In this document: positions 50,519-60,344 of the stretch, one piece after another
Layout: every line of letters starts with the position of its first letter
How positions within the stretch are numbered: the stretch's first letter is position 1
NCBI GenBank assembly: GCA_963828395.1
Contig: CAWHED010000004.1
Span: forward strand, 98,899 to 162,898
Direction of reading: 5' to 3'
Source: an uncultured Bacteroidales bacterium
GTDB lineage: Bacteria; Bacteroidota; Bacteroidia; Bacteroidales; VadinHA17
Length of the DNA: 64,000 bases
Notes under the pieces: model-generated
Told to the model about the DNA's origin: nothing
Databases searched by the model: none
Seen by the model: only the letters and a program-made list of their open reading frames with translations
Position numbers and translations under genes: made by a program

Positions 50519-51067
50519 TCATTCGGCAAATCCTGCCAGTGAAAATTCCTTTCTGAATTTGTTCAGTCTTGTCCTGACGCTTGCATCAATATAGGCATCG
50601 TCGATCCTGATAATGAAGCCTCCCATGACAGAGCCGTTAACCTGTTCTATGAACTCGATCTTGCCACTGCTTACGCCAGTGATAACAGTCGCCAGTTCCT
50701 CTTTAATCTTATCGCTTACCGGTACAGCGGTGGTGATTGTAACCTGGCGTATTCCCCTGTGACGGCGGGTAAGCTCAAGATAGTTTCTTGCTGCTGCGCC
50801 AAGGTGTTCACCGCGATCATGGCTGAACATCAGTTCAATAAATTTTACGGTCAGCGCATTTATGCCATCGCCTGCAAGGGCAACAATGATCTCTTTTCTT
50901 TTTTTCTGAATAATTACCGGGTTACTGATAATTTCCTTCACCTCCGGCATCGCACACAAGCGGTCAATAACCTTCATATCCTCATACACAGCGTCAATGG
51001 ATTTCTGCTCCCCGGCAAGGTCAAAAAGGGCCTTTGCATATCTTACCGCTATCTTGCTGTTGTTCAT
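50519..51067 (-). CDS. atpH: F1 ATP synthase delta (OSCP) subunit
   Basis: IAVRYAKALFDLA start, 182 aa, positioned between atpF and atpA. Confidence 0.85.
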   Translation of the reverse strand: MNNSKIAVRYAKALFDLAGEQKSIDAVYEDMKVIDRLCAMPEVKEIISNPVIIQKKRKEIIVALAGDGINALTVKFIELMFSHDRGEHLGAAARNYLELTRRHRGIRQVTITTAVPVSDKIKEELATVITGVSSGKIEFIEQVNGSVMGGFIIRIDDAYIDASVRTRLNKFRKEFSLAGFAE

Positions 51068-51072
51068 CAGGT

Positions 51073-51585
51073 TCAGTTACTGGTTGTTTCGATCTCCTTC
51101 AGGTATCTTCCGATCAGCTTTTGCTGTTCAGCATCGCTCTTAAGGGTTTCGCTGACCACTCTTGAAGCCACTTCAATTGCCAGAGATGCCACTTCACGCT
51201 TAACTTCAGCTATTGCAGTATTCTTTTCACGTTCAATGAGCTCCTTGGCGCGTTTTACCATTGCGTCTGCCTCTGACTGGCTCTTCTCCTTGGCTTCAGT
51301 CAGCATCCTCTCCGTTGCTGTGCGGGCATCGCGGATAATTTTATCTCTCTCCTCACGGGCTTTCCGGAGGATGATTTCATTGTCAGCCTGGAGTACCTTC
51401 ATTTCTTCGCGGGCTTTTTCAGCAGAATCAAGTGCATTACGGATGGTGTCTTCGCGTGACCTGACGGCCTTCATGATCGGTCCCCAAGCAAACTTCTGAA
51501 GCAGAAGCAGCAGAAGGAGGAAGATCAGTGTGGTCCAGAAAACGGTCCCGATGGCGGGACTTGCGAGACTGCTTGATAGTAACAT
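51073..51585 (-). CDS. atpF: Fo ATP synthase b subunit
   Basis: One N-terminal TM segment followed by a long charged helix (EKAREEMKVLQADNEIILRKAREERDKII). Start taken at MLLSSS. Confidence 0.85.
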   Translation of the reverse strand: MLLSSSLASPAIGTVFWTTLIFLLLLLLLQKFAWGPIMKAVRSREDTIRNALDSAEKAREEMKVLQADNEIILRKAREERDKIIRDARTATERMLTEAKEKSQSEADAMVKRAKELIEREKNTAIAEVKREVASLAIEVASRVVSETLKSDAEQQKLIGRYLKEIETTSN

Positions 51586-51652
51586 ATTTTGTTTTTCTTT
51601 GTGATTACTGAGTAAGGCCTGCAACCAACCGTTGCAGGCTTTGCTTTTCTGC

Positions 51653-51871
<219 letters not shown>

Positions 51872-51905
51872 TTAAGTTTAAAAAATTGAATTAATATTCT
51901 GAATT

Positions 51906-52982
51906 TTAATGATGTTCCTCTTCCGCCGTTGCCATGCCTATAAAGAGAGACGACAGCAGGGTGAAAACGTATGCCTGCAAAAACGCCACCAGCAGCTCAA
52001 TACAGTCCATGAATAACACAAACAGGATGGAGGCCGGGGCTACAAATACAGATTTGAAAATAAAGATCAGCGAAACCAGGCTAAGTACGATTATGTGGCC
52101 TGCGGTGATATTGGCAAAGAGACGTACCATAAGAGCAAAAGGCTTGGAAATCAGCCCTATCATCTCAATGGGGATCATGATTGGCAGCAGCCATATCGGC
52201 ACGCCGGGTGCTGCAAAGACGTGTCTCCAGTGAGATTTGTTGGCGCTGAACTGCGTTATCAGAAAGGTACATAATGCCAGGACAAAGGTCACGTTGATGT
52301 TGCCTGTCACATTGGATCCGAATGGAAAAATCGGAATTAGCCCAAGAAGATTATTAATGAGGATAAAGAAAAATACTGTCAGCAGGTATGGCATGAAGCG
52401 GGCATACTTTTTTTCTCCGATGTTTGGCAATGCAATATCATCCCTGACAAAGAGAATTATCGGCTCCAGGAATCCCTGTACACCCCGGGGCGCGGAGACG
52501 CCGCTCTTCCTGTATGACCCGGCCATTGCGAGCATCAGCCAGAGGAGTATGACGGCAGCCACCATCATTCCGAACACAGCCTTGGTAATCGAGAAATCCA
52601 GAGGAATACTTGTCTCATCGGGATGGCCCGCTGCATCCAGTCGCACTATCCTTCCTTCATACTTCCCTTCGTGGGCCAGGGCAAAGTTTTCATGGGCATT
52701 GCCGTGGGCAATCTTCTTCGATGAGAAGACATGGAATCCGGTACCCTTGTCGTAGATTATTACCGGCAGGTAAACCGCGACCGGGGTGCCGTCCTTCTTT
52801 GTCCAGAGATGCCATTCATGAGAGTCGGCAACATGATCCAGGATAAACGTACTGGCGTCAAATATCTCGCCCTTATCCCCGGGTTTTTTTTCTATCCCCT
52901 GTTCGCCGGCAGCTATGACGGGCCCTGACCCGGCAATAAGACCGAACAAAAAGATCAACACATATAGATACCTGATTTTCAA
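51906..52982 (-). CDS. atpB: Fo ATP synthase a subunit (long N-terminal extension, as is common in Bacteroidota)
   Basis: The conserved Arg region MVRLFANITAGHIIV and its position upstream of atpE. Confidence 0.9.
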   Translation of the reverse strand: MKIRYLYVLIFLFGLIAGSGPVIAAGEQGIEKKPGDKGEIFDASTFILDHVADSHEWHLWTKKDGTPVAVYLPVIIYDKGTGFHVFSSKKIAHGNAHENFALAHEGKYEGRIVRLDAAGHPDETSIPLDFSITKAVFGMMVAAVILLWLMLAMAGSYRKSGVSAPRGVQGFLEPIILFVRDDIALPNIGEKKYARFMPYLLTVFFFILINNLLGLIPIFPFGSNVTGNINVTFVLALCTFLITQFSANKSHWRHVFAAPGVPIWLLPIMIPIEMIGLISKPFALMVRLFANITAGHIIVLSLVSLIFIFKSVFVAPASILFVLFMDCIELLVAFLQAYVFTLLSSLFIGMATAEEEHH

Positions 52983-52993
52983 GCTTCTTTTCT

Positions 52994-53386
52994 TTAAACC
53001 GACGTCCTTTTAGCGATCCTGAAAAATGTAAAAAATATATATACAGTGAAGGCCAAATATAGGATAAAAAACAATATTACAGAACCGGTCTCCTTGTTTT
53101 TAAACACGACAATGAACAACAGCGCCAGAACAAATGACAGCAACATTTTGACACCAAAGGCGATCAGTGTGGCGAACACTCTTTTTTCCCCGTTTCCTTC
53201 CATTCCGTGGAAAAAGATTACCAGGGCGGTCATGGCAATAAAAGCAAATCCGCCTGTAAGCAGCAGGATACTTTTAAGCGGGAAAGATGAGGGTGAAATT
53301 TTATTTAGGCCAAAGAGAAGAAGGAGGATCAGAAGGGCAAAGGCCAGAAGTAAAATGTAGTGTTTTATTGCCCGGGGAGTTATCAT
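52994..53386 (-). CDS. Hypothetical 4-TM membrane protein upstream of atpB (AtpI-like position)
   Basis: Called from hydrophobicity pattern and operon position only. Confidence 0.45.
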   Translation of the reverse strand: MITPRAIKHYILLLAFALLILLLLFGLNKISPSSFPLKSILLLTGGFAFIAMTALVIFFHGMEGNGEKRVFATLIAFGVKMLLSFVLALLFIVVFKNKETGSVILFFILYLAFTVYIFFTFFRIAKRTSV

Positions 53387-53387
53387 T

Positions 53388-53639
53388 CTATTTGTTTCTG
53401 ACGGCTTCTTTTATGATGAGCCACATTGCTGCTGCCACGCCCAGCAGAGAGAGAATGACCGTGAATACCGGTTTCGTGCCGGCCAGTTTATCCAGTTTAA
53501 CTCCTCCCAGGGCAGTCAAGACGATTATAACCACCATCTGGATGGCGATGGTGCTGTACTTTGAATAAGCATTAAGACCCTCTTCAGGATTATTTTTCTC
53601 CTTCTTTTGGTTTGACTGCGGGTCCTCCATTGTCACCAT
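53388..53639 (-). CDS. AtpZ/AtpI-family small membrane protein
   Basis: YSKYSTIAIQMVVIIVLTALGGVKLD resembles the ATPase_gene1 family. It sits just upstream of the atp genes. Confidence 0.65.
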   Translation of the reverse strand: MVTMEDPQSNQKKEKNNPEEGLNAYSKYSTIAIQMVVIIVLTALGGVKLDKLAGTKPVFTVILSLLGVAAAMWLIIKEAVRNK

Positions 53640-53988
53640 CTTTCATTGTGCAGTTACCGGTAAAGAGAGCTCCCGGTTCAATAGAAAGCTTACTGGTAAT
53701 GATCGTGCCGGTAATCTTTGAAGCAGCCTTCAGGTTAAGAAGTTGTGTTACGGTTATTTTACCGTCTATCAGGCCAGACACTTCAGAGTTTTTACATTCG
53801 ACTTCGCCTTTCACGCGACCAGTGGGCCCAATGACCACTTTACCCTTGGTTACCATGTTGCCATTCAGGGTTCCGTCAATACGAATATCGCCAGCTGATT
53901 TTATATCGCCGGTGATCTCGGTACCCTGACTTATCAGGTTAACTGCTGCGCTGTTATCTGTCTCATTCATTTTTGCCATAATGATCAT
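53590..53988 (-). CDS. Bactofilin (polymer-forming cytoskeletal protein)
   Basis: Beta-helical repeats GTEITGDIKSAGDIRIDGTLNGNMVTKGKVVIGPTGRVKGEVECKNSEVSGLIDGKI. The start may instead be MAKMNE. The 3' end overlaps the AtpZ ORF by about 50 nt. Confidence 0.8.
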   Translation of the reverse strand: MIIMAKMNETDNSAAVNLISQGTEITGDIKSAGDIRIDGTLNGNMVTKGKVVIGPTGRVKGEVECKNSEVSGLIDGKITVTQLLNLKAASKITGTIITSKLSIEPGALFTGNCTMKDGDNGGPAVKPKEGEK

Positions 53989-54036
53989 TGTTTGTTCCCC
54001 GGGAGGCGTAATATGCTACGTCTCTCTATTAACCGA

Positions 54037-54044
54037 CAAATATA
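54037..54044 (-). promoter_or_regulatory. -7-like promoter element (TATATTTG on the minus strand) upstream of the bactofilin/atp genes
   Basis: The plus strand reads caaatata. It lies about 50 nt upstream of the ATG at 53988. Confidence 0.3.
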
Positions 54045-54105
54045 TAAAGTATTGTGCAGGTTGGACAAAAAGAAAATATTTTAACAGGGAGAGGAGTATC
54101 TCTGT

Positions 54106-55116
54106 TTACTCATTTACCGGTTGCGGGTCATAAGCCCACCTCAGCCAAATGCTTCCCCAGGTGAATCCGCCTCCGAAAGAAGCAAGAATAAGATTATCTC
54201 CCTTTTTGAGTTTGCCTTCGAACTCCCAGATACAGAGAGGTATGGTTGCTGCGGTGGTGTTTCCGTAGTGTTGGATGTTGATCATCACCTTTTCAGGAGG
54301 GAGTCCCATTCTGCGCCCGGTGGCGTCAATGATTTTGAGGTTTGCCTGGTGGGGAACAAGCCAGGCGATGTCTTCTGGTCTGAGATTATTTTTTTCCATG
54401 ATCTCCGCGGCCACGTCAGCCATATTCGATACTGCAAACTTAAAGACCGACTGACCCTCCTGGTAGACAAAGTGTTCCCGGGCGCTGACCGTTTCATGTG
54501 ATGCAGGCCTGAGTGATCCGCCCGCCTTCATATGCAGGTATTTTCTCCCTGAACCGTCAACCTTAAAAATATGGTCCATTATCCCGTATTCTTCTTCAGT
54601 CGGTTCGAGCAGCACTGCACCGCCGGCATCGCCGAACAGGGTACAGGTGGCTCTGTCAGTATAGTCTGTTATTGACGACATTTTGTCGGCCCCGACGACA
54701 ACAACTTTTTTGTATCTGCCTGTCTCCACATAGGCGGCCGCTGTCTGCAGGGCAAAGAGAAAGCCTGAGCAGGCGGCGTTCATGTCAAAGCTGAAAGCGT
54801 TTTTTATGCCTGCTTTATCGGAGATGATATTTGCAGTTGCCGGGAAGAGCATGTCGGGAGTGACAGTGGCACAGATGAGAAGATCTATTTCGCCGGGCGA
54901 TGTTTTTGTCTTTTCAAGCAGACCTCTCACAGCCTGTTCTCCCAGATCGGATGTCGCCTTCCCCTCTCCCTTCAGGATCCTTCTCTCTTTTATACCCACA
55001 CGCTGCATTATCCACTCATCAGTGGTCTCAACCATCGTTGACAGCTCACTGTTGGTAAGCCGGTATTCCGGAACCCATCCGTTAATACCTGTTATTGCAG
55101 CTCTAATTTTTGTCAT
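54106..55116 (-). CDS. fabH: Beta-ketoacyl-ACP synthase III
   Basis: [15 protein letters not shown], active-site [15 protein letters not shown] and [12 protein letters not shown]. Confidence 0.92.
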   Translation of the reverse strand: MTKIRAAITGINGWVPEYRLTNSELSTMVETTDEWIMQRVGIKERRILKGEGKATSDLGEQAVRGLLEKTKTSPGEIDLLICATVTPDMLFPATANIISDKAGIKNAFSFDMNAACSGFLFALQTAAAYVETGRYKKVVVVGADKMSSITDYTDRATCTLFGDAGGAVLLEPTEEEYGIMDHIFKVDGSGRKYLHMKAGGSLRPASHETVSAREHFVYQEGQSVFKFAVSNMADVAAEIMEKNNLRPEDIAWLVPHQANLKIIDATGRRMGLPPEKVMINIQHYGNTTAATIPLCIWEFEGKLKKGDNLILASFGGGFTWGSIWLRWAYDPQPVNE

Positions 55117-56057
55117 GCTCCGACAGCCTCTTTGATCTTTCTCGCGAGGTCAGCGTGAACCACATCCCTTGTCTGAAGTATCATGCTGGTGATTGCCTTC
55201 CTTTTTGAAATGCCATGGCCGACAACGACATTCGCATTGATGCCAACTACGGGTGTCCCTCCGAAAACCTCGAAGTTCAGCCTGTCAAAAAAGTCATCCC
55301 TGATGCCTTTTGCCTGTGAGATCAGATAAAATTTCTCAGCCATTTTGAGTACAATATTGCCTACGAAACCGTCACAAACGATGACGTCTGTCATCTCGTA
55401 GGTAAAGAGGTCGTGGCCTTCGATATTGCCTTTGAAGTTTACTTCAGAGCTTTCGCGGAGAAGCTCGTACGCCGCCTTCACGGTTGAGGAGCCTTTTGAA
55501 TCTTCCTTTCCAATGTTAAGCAGGCCGACGACCGGATTTTCAATGCCGAGGACGTACTTGGCATAAACGCTGCCCAGTATCCCGTACTGCAGCAGGACAT
55601 CGGGTTTGGCGTCGGGATTAATTCCAACGTCAAGTATTATGGATGTTCTCCCGCTTACGTCAGGGATAAAAGCTGTAAGTGCCGGTCTGAAGACGCCGGG
55701 GATAACGTTAACAGTATAGCTTGCGCCCACCATCATTGCCCCCGTATTGCCTGCACTGGCGAAGCCGTCTATCAGTCCGCTCTTAAGCATCCCGAAGCCC
55801 ACGGCAATAGACGAATCTCTCTTCTGTGAAAAGGCTTTTGCAGGATGATCAGACATTTCAATCACCTGTGTGGTGGGAACGATTTCGAACAGAGACGGTT
55901 CCACCTCCATGGAGGCCAGTTTTTCCTTTATGACGCGATTATCGCCTATAAGAACCAGCCGGTCACCGGCCGGAAGCTGGCCGATGGCATCAATCGCGCC
56001 CTCAATGACAGCATCAGGGGCATAGTCACCCCCCATGGCATCCAGTCCTATTTTCAT
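55113..56057 (-). CDS. plsX: Phosphate acyltransferase
   Basis: [14 protein letters not shown] start, 314 aa, and a 4-nt overlap with fabH. Confidence 0.92.
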   Translation of the reverse strand: MKIGLDAMGGDYAPDAVIEGAIDAIGQLPAGDRLVLIGDNRVIKEKLASMEVEPSLFEIVPTTQVIEMSDHPAKAFSQKRDSSIAVGFGMLKSGLIDGFASAGNTGAMMVGASYTVNVIPGVFRPALTAFIPDVSGRTSIILDVGINPDAKPDVLLQYGILGSVYAKYVLGIENPVVGLLNIGKEDSKGSSTVKAAYELLRESSEVNFKGNIEGHDLFTYEMTDVIVCDGFVGNIVLKMAEKFYLISQAKGIRDDFFDRLNFEVFGGTPVVGINANVVVGHGISKRKAITSMILQTRDVVHADLARKIKEAVGA

Positions 56058-56086
56058 TGCCTTACTTATTTGGCAGGTGTGACAGG

Positions 56087-56272
56087 TCAGACCGTCACCT
56101 TCTTCTCTACGGCAAGCTTACCTCTGTAGTATCCGCACTCAGGGCATACCCTGTGATACAGATGAGCTGAACCGCAGTTGGAACATGCAGCTACTGTAGG
56201 AACGACAGCCTTGTCGTGTGTTCTCCTCTTATCCCTTCGGGTACTTGAGTGTCTGTGTTTTGGATTTGGCAT
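56087..56272 (-). CDS. rpmF: 50S ribosomal protein L32
   Basis: MPNPKHRHSSTRRDKRRTH and the Zn-ribbon CSNCG..CPECG. Confidence 0.92.
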   Translation of the reverse strand: MPNPKHRHSSTRRDKRRTHDKAVVPTVAACSNCGSAHLYHRVCPECGYYRGKLAVEKKVTV

Positions 56273-56290
56273 CGCAGTATTGTATTGTGT

Positions 56291-56812
56291 TTAATTATTT
56301 TCTGTCAGTTTTTTAAGAACATCCCAGCGCGGATCTGATTTACCTTCATCTGCAATAAGATGTTCTTCAAGTTTCCTGATCATTTCCGGGTCGCATGTTG
56401 AACGTCCCATGTAGTCATCAGGATGAATTCGCTTCAAAGGTAACGCAAGATGGATGTATTCATAGAAAAACTGACTTAAATCTATTTCATGTTCATCGAG
56501 CGGCATTGTAATCATATCCGGATCTGTCTCCTCCCATTCTTTGCCCTGTCTTACAAACAGTCTGTTTTCACATGACAGCGGCAGATAAAATTTCTCAAGG
56601 CATCTGTCACACATAACCTCGGCATTCCCTTTTATGACAATGTCAAGCTGAAGATGTGTGGAGCACTTTTCAAGCATCACTTCAGCCTTAAGCTCTCCCC
56701 TGCTGATCTCAGTCCCTTCAAAAGCCTCAAAAAAGTCGTTGCCTATTGTAAACCCATAGGTATGTCTGCCTTCTTTAAGACCGGCCAACGGTATGGAATA
56801 CAATCCGGGCAT
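56291..56812 (-). CDS. YceD/DUF177 family protein
   Basis: Conserved position upstream of rpmF and the CDRCLEKFYLPL motif. Start taken at MPGLYS (56812), which has a -7-like motif 19 nt upstream. Confidence 0.8.
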   Translation of the reverse strand: MPGLYSIPLAGLKEGRHTYGFTIGNDFFEAFEGTEISRGELKAEVMLEKCSTHLQLDIVIKGNAEVMCDRCLEKFYLPLSCENRLFVRQGKEWEETDPDMITMPLDEHEIDLSQFFYEYIHLALPLKRIHPDDYMGRSTCDPEMIRKLEEHLIADEGKSDPRWDVLKKLTENN

Positions 56813-56830
56813 CTCCTTTTTTTCGGTCTG

Positions 56831-56838
56831 CAAAATTA
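56831..56838 (-). promoter_or_regulatory. -7-like promoter element (TAATTTTG on the minus strand) for yceD-rpmF-plsX-fabH
   Basis: The plus strand reads caaaatta, 19 nt upstream of the ATG at 56812. Confidence 0.35.
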
Positions 56839-56961
56839 TAAATCCTCTTCCAATAAAAAAAATTATCAACAAAAAAGTAACATCCCCGACTTTCTTCGCC
56901 ATCTGCCGGAATAATTCCGCAGCCTGCCGGAAATGACTGGATTGGCCTGGCAGGTATGTGA

Positions 56962-56969
56962 TAATTTTG
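56962..56969 (+). promoter_or_regulatory. -7-like promoter element TAATTTTG for the LiaF-like/LytS/LytTR operon
   Basis: Fits TAnnTTTG and lies 23 nt upstream of the ATG at 56992. Confidence 0.35.
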
Positions 56970-56991
56970 ATGCGTAATAACTTTTGAAGTC

Positions 56992-57324
56992 ATGAAAGAA
57001 AAGAACAATCCCTTTAACGGTATAGCCAAGCTGCTCATCTCGCTTGGACTGGTAATGATAGTGGCAAAGCTTGATTTGCTCAGGGTCGGATCGCTCTCCG
57101 ACTATTTTACATGGGAAATGCTGCTTATCTTTTTCGGTGTTTTCAATCTGCTGAATCTCGACCTGGTTTTCAGCCTGCTCCTTTTCGCAGCAGGGTTCTG
57201 GTTCCTGATGCCTGAGATGAGTTTCCAACTCTCTCCGGTCTATAAAGATATTTACTGGCCGGCGGTACTGGTCCTTGCCGGCATCGCATTTATGATACGG
57301 CCATTCACCAAAAGTCTGAAATAA
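56992..57324 (+). CDS. Small LiaI/LiaF-like transmembrane protein
   Basis: 110 aa and about 4 TM, similar in pattern to the N-terminal TM part of the next gene. Confidence 0.5.
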   Translation: MKEKNNPFNGIAKLLISLGLVMIVAKLDLLRVGSLSDYFTWEMLLIFFGVFNLLNLDLVFSLLLFAAGFWFLMPEMSFQLSPVYKDIYWPAVLVLAGIAFMIRPFTKSLK

Positions 57325-57347
57325 TTCACCATCAAACAACTACTCAA

Positions 57348-58091
57348 ATGGAAAACGAAACAAACAAACCGGCAAAAAATCCTGCTGAAACCTCCAACAG
57401 GTTCATAATAGGAATTTTACTCGTAATTGCAGGATTTATCCTGATTCTCAGAAAGACCACCATGCTTCCTGAACCTCTTGATCATTTTATCGATGACATC
57501 ATCTTCAGCTGGCAGATGCTGCTGATAGTGATTGGCGTGATCACCCTCGCAGGATCGGATAACAAGACTCCCGGCATCGTGCTTATTTCAGTCGGAGGCT
57601 TTTTCATGATCCCCGAACTTTTCACCGATTTCTTCAGGTCATTCAACTTCTTCTGGCCTGCATTATTTATCGTAATAGGTGTAGTACTGCTGATTAATTC
57701 CAAACGTCTTGTGCAGACCCTGAACTATACCAGCGGAAGCAAAGCCGATATGATCGATTATGTCAATATCTTCAGCGGTGCTGAACGGCAGCTTATTACA
57801 AATAATTTCCTCGGAGGCAAGGTCACCTCAATTTTCGGAGGTGGTGAAGTTGACCTTACAAGATCATCGCTGGCTCCCGGGGATAATGTAATTGAAATTA
57901 CCTGTATATTTGGAGGTACGACTCTTATCGTTCCCGAAAACTGGAATGTCATTCTTAATGTCACTCCCATTCTCGGAGGCTTCTCAGACAGCCGCAGAAT
58001 TGGCAGTGATGTGATCAAGGACACTACAAGATCGCTTACGATACGGGGGACGGTTATTTTCGGGGGAGGTGAGCTTAAAAGCCATAAATAA
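57348..58091 (+). CDS. LiaF-like (DUF2154, cell-wall-active-antibiotic response) protein
   Basis: N-terminal TM region plus a C-terminal beta-rich domain (GGKVTSIFGGGEVDLT..IEITCIFGGTTLIVPENWNV..ILGGFSD). Confidence 0.7.
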   Translation: MENETNKPAKNPAETSNRFIIGILLVIAGFILILRKTTMLPEPLDHFIDDIIFSWQMLLIVIGVITLAGSDNKTPGIVLISVGGFFMIPELFTDFFRSFNFFWPALFIVIGVVLLINSKRLVQTLNYTSGSKADMIDYVNIFSGAERQLITNNFLGGKVTSIFGGGEVDLTRSSLAPGDNVIEITCIFGGTTLIVPENWNVILNVTPILGGFSDSRRIGSDVIKDTTRSLTIRGTVIFGGGELKSHK

Positions 58092-58094
58092 AAT

Positions 58095-59153
58095 ATGAAG
58101 CATCCTATACTGGAAGACCGGTCAAGGGTACTCATGTGGTGTCTGGCCTGGGTTATTTTAGCCGCAGGCCAGGCATCAGTTATTCATTTCATATATGGCA
58201 GCACCATGGGTATTGCCGTTGCTGACGGCATGATTTCCATGCTGCTGTACGGCGTGCTCGGGCTCAGCATCTGGTTCCCGGTCAGGTATATGCTCCGGAG
58301 CAACAACAAGGTCTTGTCGACGATCATTAATGTCATCCTGACCGGGTCCCTGGCGATCGTCCTGTGGCTTTTGGCTACCAGGGTACTGGTCAGGGCTATT
58401 GTCGCGGAGAAGGAAGACTATGACCTGTTCTGGCATACGGTACTGATATTCCGTATCGCTGCCGGGGTACTGATCTTTTTTGTGATCATCCTGATATATT
58501 ATCTGTACCTGAGCGCAACACAGCTTGCGGAGAAAGCGTCACGACAGGCACAGCTTGAGGCGCAGGTGCGTGAGGGAGAGCTGAAAATGCTGCGCGCACA
58601 GATAAACCCTCATTTCCTCTTCAACAGTCTCAATTCAATGAGCTCACTGACCCTGACAGATCCCATGAAAGCACGTGAAATGATCCTGAAACTGTCTGAT
58701 TTCATGCGGTATTCCCTGTCGTCGAGAAACGAACAGCCGGTGACATTACAGAGTGAAATGGAAAGTCTCCGGCTTTATCTTGAGATTGAGAAAGTCAGAT
58801 TCGGCGAACGGCTCATTATCGAGGAAGATATACAACCTGAATGTCTTACGGCATTATTACCGGGGATGCTCCTCCAGCCTCTCTATGAAAACGCAGTCAA
58901 GCACGGCGTTTATGAATCAACCGAGAAGGTGGTGATCAGGACCACCGTAAAGAAGGAGGACGGTTTTGTTGTCATATCCGTCTCCAACAATATTGATCCG
59001 GAATCAGTTGTAACACGCAAAGGAGCAGGCATAGGACTGGTAAATGTGCGTTCCAGGCTTGAACTTTTCTACGGCGAGAAGGCCGGACTGGAAGTAGACC
59101 GCAAGGATGACAGCTTTAATGTTGTGGTAAAGTTTCCTTACAGAAAAACATAA
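58095..59153 (+). CDS. LytS/YehU-type sensor histidine kinase
   Basis: Multi-TM N-terminus, the His_kinase motif LRAQINPHFLFNSLNS, and an ATPase domain (ENAVKHG..GAGIGLVNV). Confidence 0.85.
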   Translation: MKHPILEDRSRVLMWCLAWVILAAGQASVIHFIYGSTMGIAVADGMISMLLYGVLGLSIWFPVRYMLRSNNKVLSTIINVILTGSLAIVLWLLATRVLVRAIVAEKEDYDLFWHTVLIFRIAAGVLIFFVIILIYYLYLSATQLAEKASRQAQLEAQVREGELKMLRAQINPHFLFNSLNSMSSLTLTDPMKAREMILKLSDFMRYSLSSRNEQPVTLQSEMESLRLYLEIEKVRFGERLIIEEDIQPECLTALLPGMLLQPLYENAVKHGVYESTEKVVIRTTVKKEDGFVVISVSNNIDPESVVTRKGAGIGLVNVRSRLELFYGEKAGLEVDRKDDSFNVVVKFPYRKT

Positions 59154-59168
59154 AATCAATTACACGGC

Positions 59169-59921
59169 ATGAAAAATATTAGGGTTCTGATTATTGAAGA
59201 TGAAACCCCTGCCCGGGAACTCATAAAGTACATGCTGAAAGATCATCCCGCGATAGAGGTGGTCGGTGAGTGCGCTGATGGCTTCTGCGGGGCAAGGGAG
59301 ATCAAGGAAAAACACCCCGATCTGATCTTTCTTGATATTCAGATGCCCAAGCTCACCGGTTTTGAGCTCCTGGAGGTTCTCGATGAAAAGCCTGAAGTGA
59401 TCTTCACCACAGCTTTCGACCAGTATGCCATCAGGGCCTTCGAACTCAATGCAGTAGATTATCTTCTTAAGCCTTACTCTAAAGAACGTTTTGACAGTGC
59501 TCTTGCCAAGGCTGTCAGCAGGATCGGCAAAGAGGCGCAGGAGCCGGACAGGGTGGAAAAGCTTGTTACTGCAGTAACCGAAGCAGAAGGATATCTGACA
59601 AGGATCGTCTTCAGGAAGGGGGCCGGCATTAAGATAATACCTCTGAATCTGATCTCATATCTTGCATCGGAGGACGATTATGTGATGATTTATTACAGCG
59701 AAGGAAAGGCCCTTAAGCCCAAGACAATGAAATACTATGAAGACCACCTTCCGCCGAGCCTCTTCATGAGAGTGCACAGGTCCTACATGGTGAACATTGA
59801 GCAGATTACCCGTCTGGAACCTTATAGCAAGGATAATTATGTTGCCGTTCTTAAATCAGGTGAGAAGATACCCGTCAGTCGTACCGGGTATAAAATGCTA
59901 AGGGAAAAACTGAATTTTTAA
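59169..59921 (+). CDS. LytR/AlgR (LytTR DNA-binding) response regulator
   Basis: Receiver domain (VLIIEDE..IFLDIQMP..LLKP) and a LytTR domain (FMRVHRSYMVNIEQI). Confidence 0.9.
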   Translation: MKNIRVLIIEDETPARELIKYMLKDHPAIEVVGECADGFCGAREIKEKHPDLIFLDIQMPKLTGFELLEVLDEKPEVIFTTAFDQYAIRAFELNAVDYLLKPYSKERFDSALAKAVSRIGKEAQEPDRVEKLVTAVTEAEGYLTRIVFRKGAGIKIIPLNLISYLASEDDYVMIYYSEGKALKPKTMKYYEDHLPPSLFMRVHRSYMVNIEQITRLEPYSKDNYVAVLKSGEKIPVSRTGYKMLREKLNF

Positions 59922-60232
59922 TCTCTCTCCTTCAGTCTGTTGCATCGCGGAGACCTGCGAAACCATCGCCCTGCCGGCAAGTATCTTCTGAACAGGAACA
60001 GGGGAACAGGATCATAACCGTGTGTCCCGCCCGGTCTGCAACGAAGGATTCGTCCTGTTGATATTATCAGTCCTTTAAAAGGTCCGTGAATCCTGAGCGC
60101 ATCAATGGCAAACTGCGAACACGTTGGTATATGACGGCATGACGGAGGCAGCCATGGAGAGACTATTACCCGGTATAACCAAACCGGTATAAGGAGTAAA
60201 AAAGATAATATCTTTGCAGCCGTATTCAGCAT
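59918..60232 (-). CDS. yidD: Membrane protein insertion efficiency factor YidD (with unusual ~25-aa C-terminal extension)
   Basis: YRVIVSPWLPPSCRHIPTCSQFAIDALRIHGPFKGLIISTGRILRCRPGGTHGYDPVP. Confidence 0.85.
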   Translation of the reverse strand: MLNTAAKILSFLLLIPVWLYRVIVSPWLPPSCRHIPTCSQFAIDALRIHGPFKGLIISTGRILRCRPGGTHGYDPVPLFLFRRYLPAGRWFRRSPRCNRLKERD

Positions 60233-60344
60233 CGGTCTCAAAGATAAGCTGAATCATCCTGACAAAATGACCTGTTTGAATAACAAAATGACAATGGCAG
60301 ATGTTTTGAAGTAATAACAGCAAGTATTTAAGAGCGAGAAAAAA

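Noticed and set aside
59918-59995. Arg-rich C-terminal extension of YidD overlapping the LytTR gene end
   Set aside because: It could simply be read-through to the next available stop in a convergent arrangement. There is not enough evidence to call it functional.
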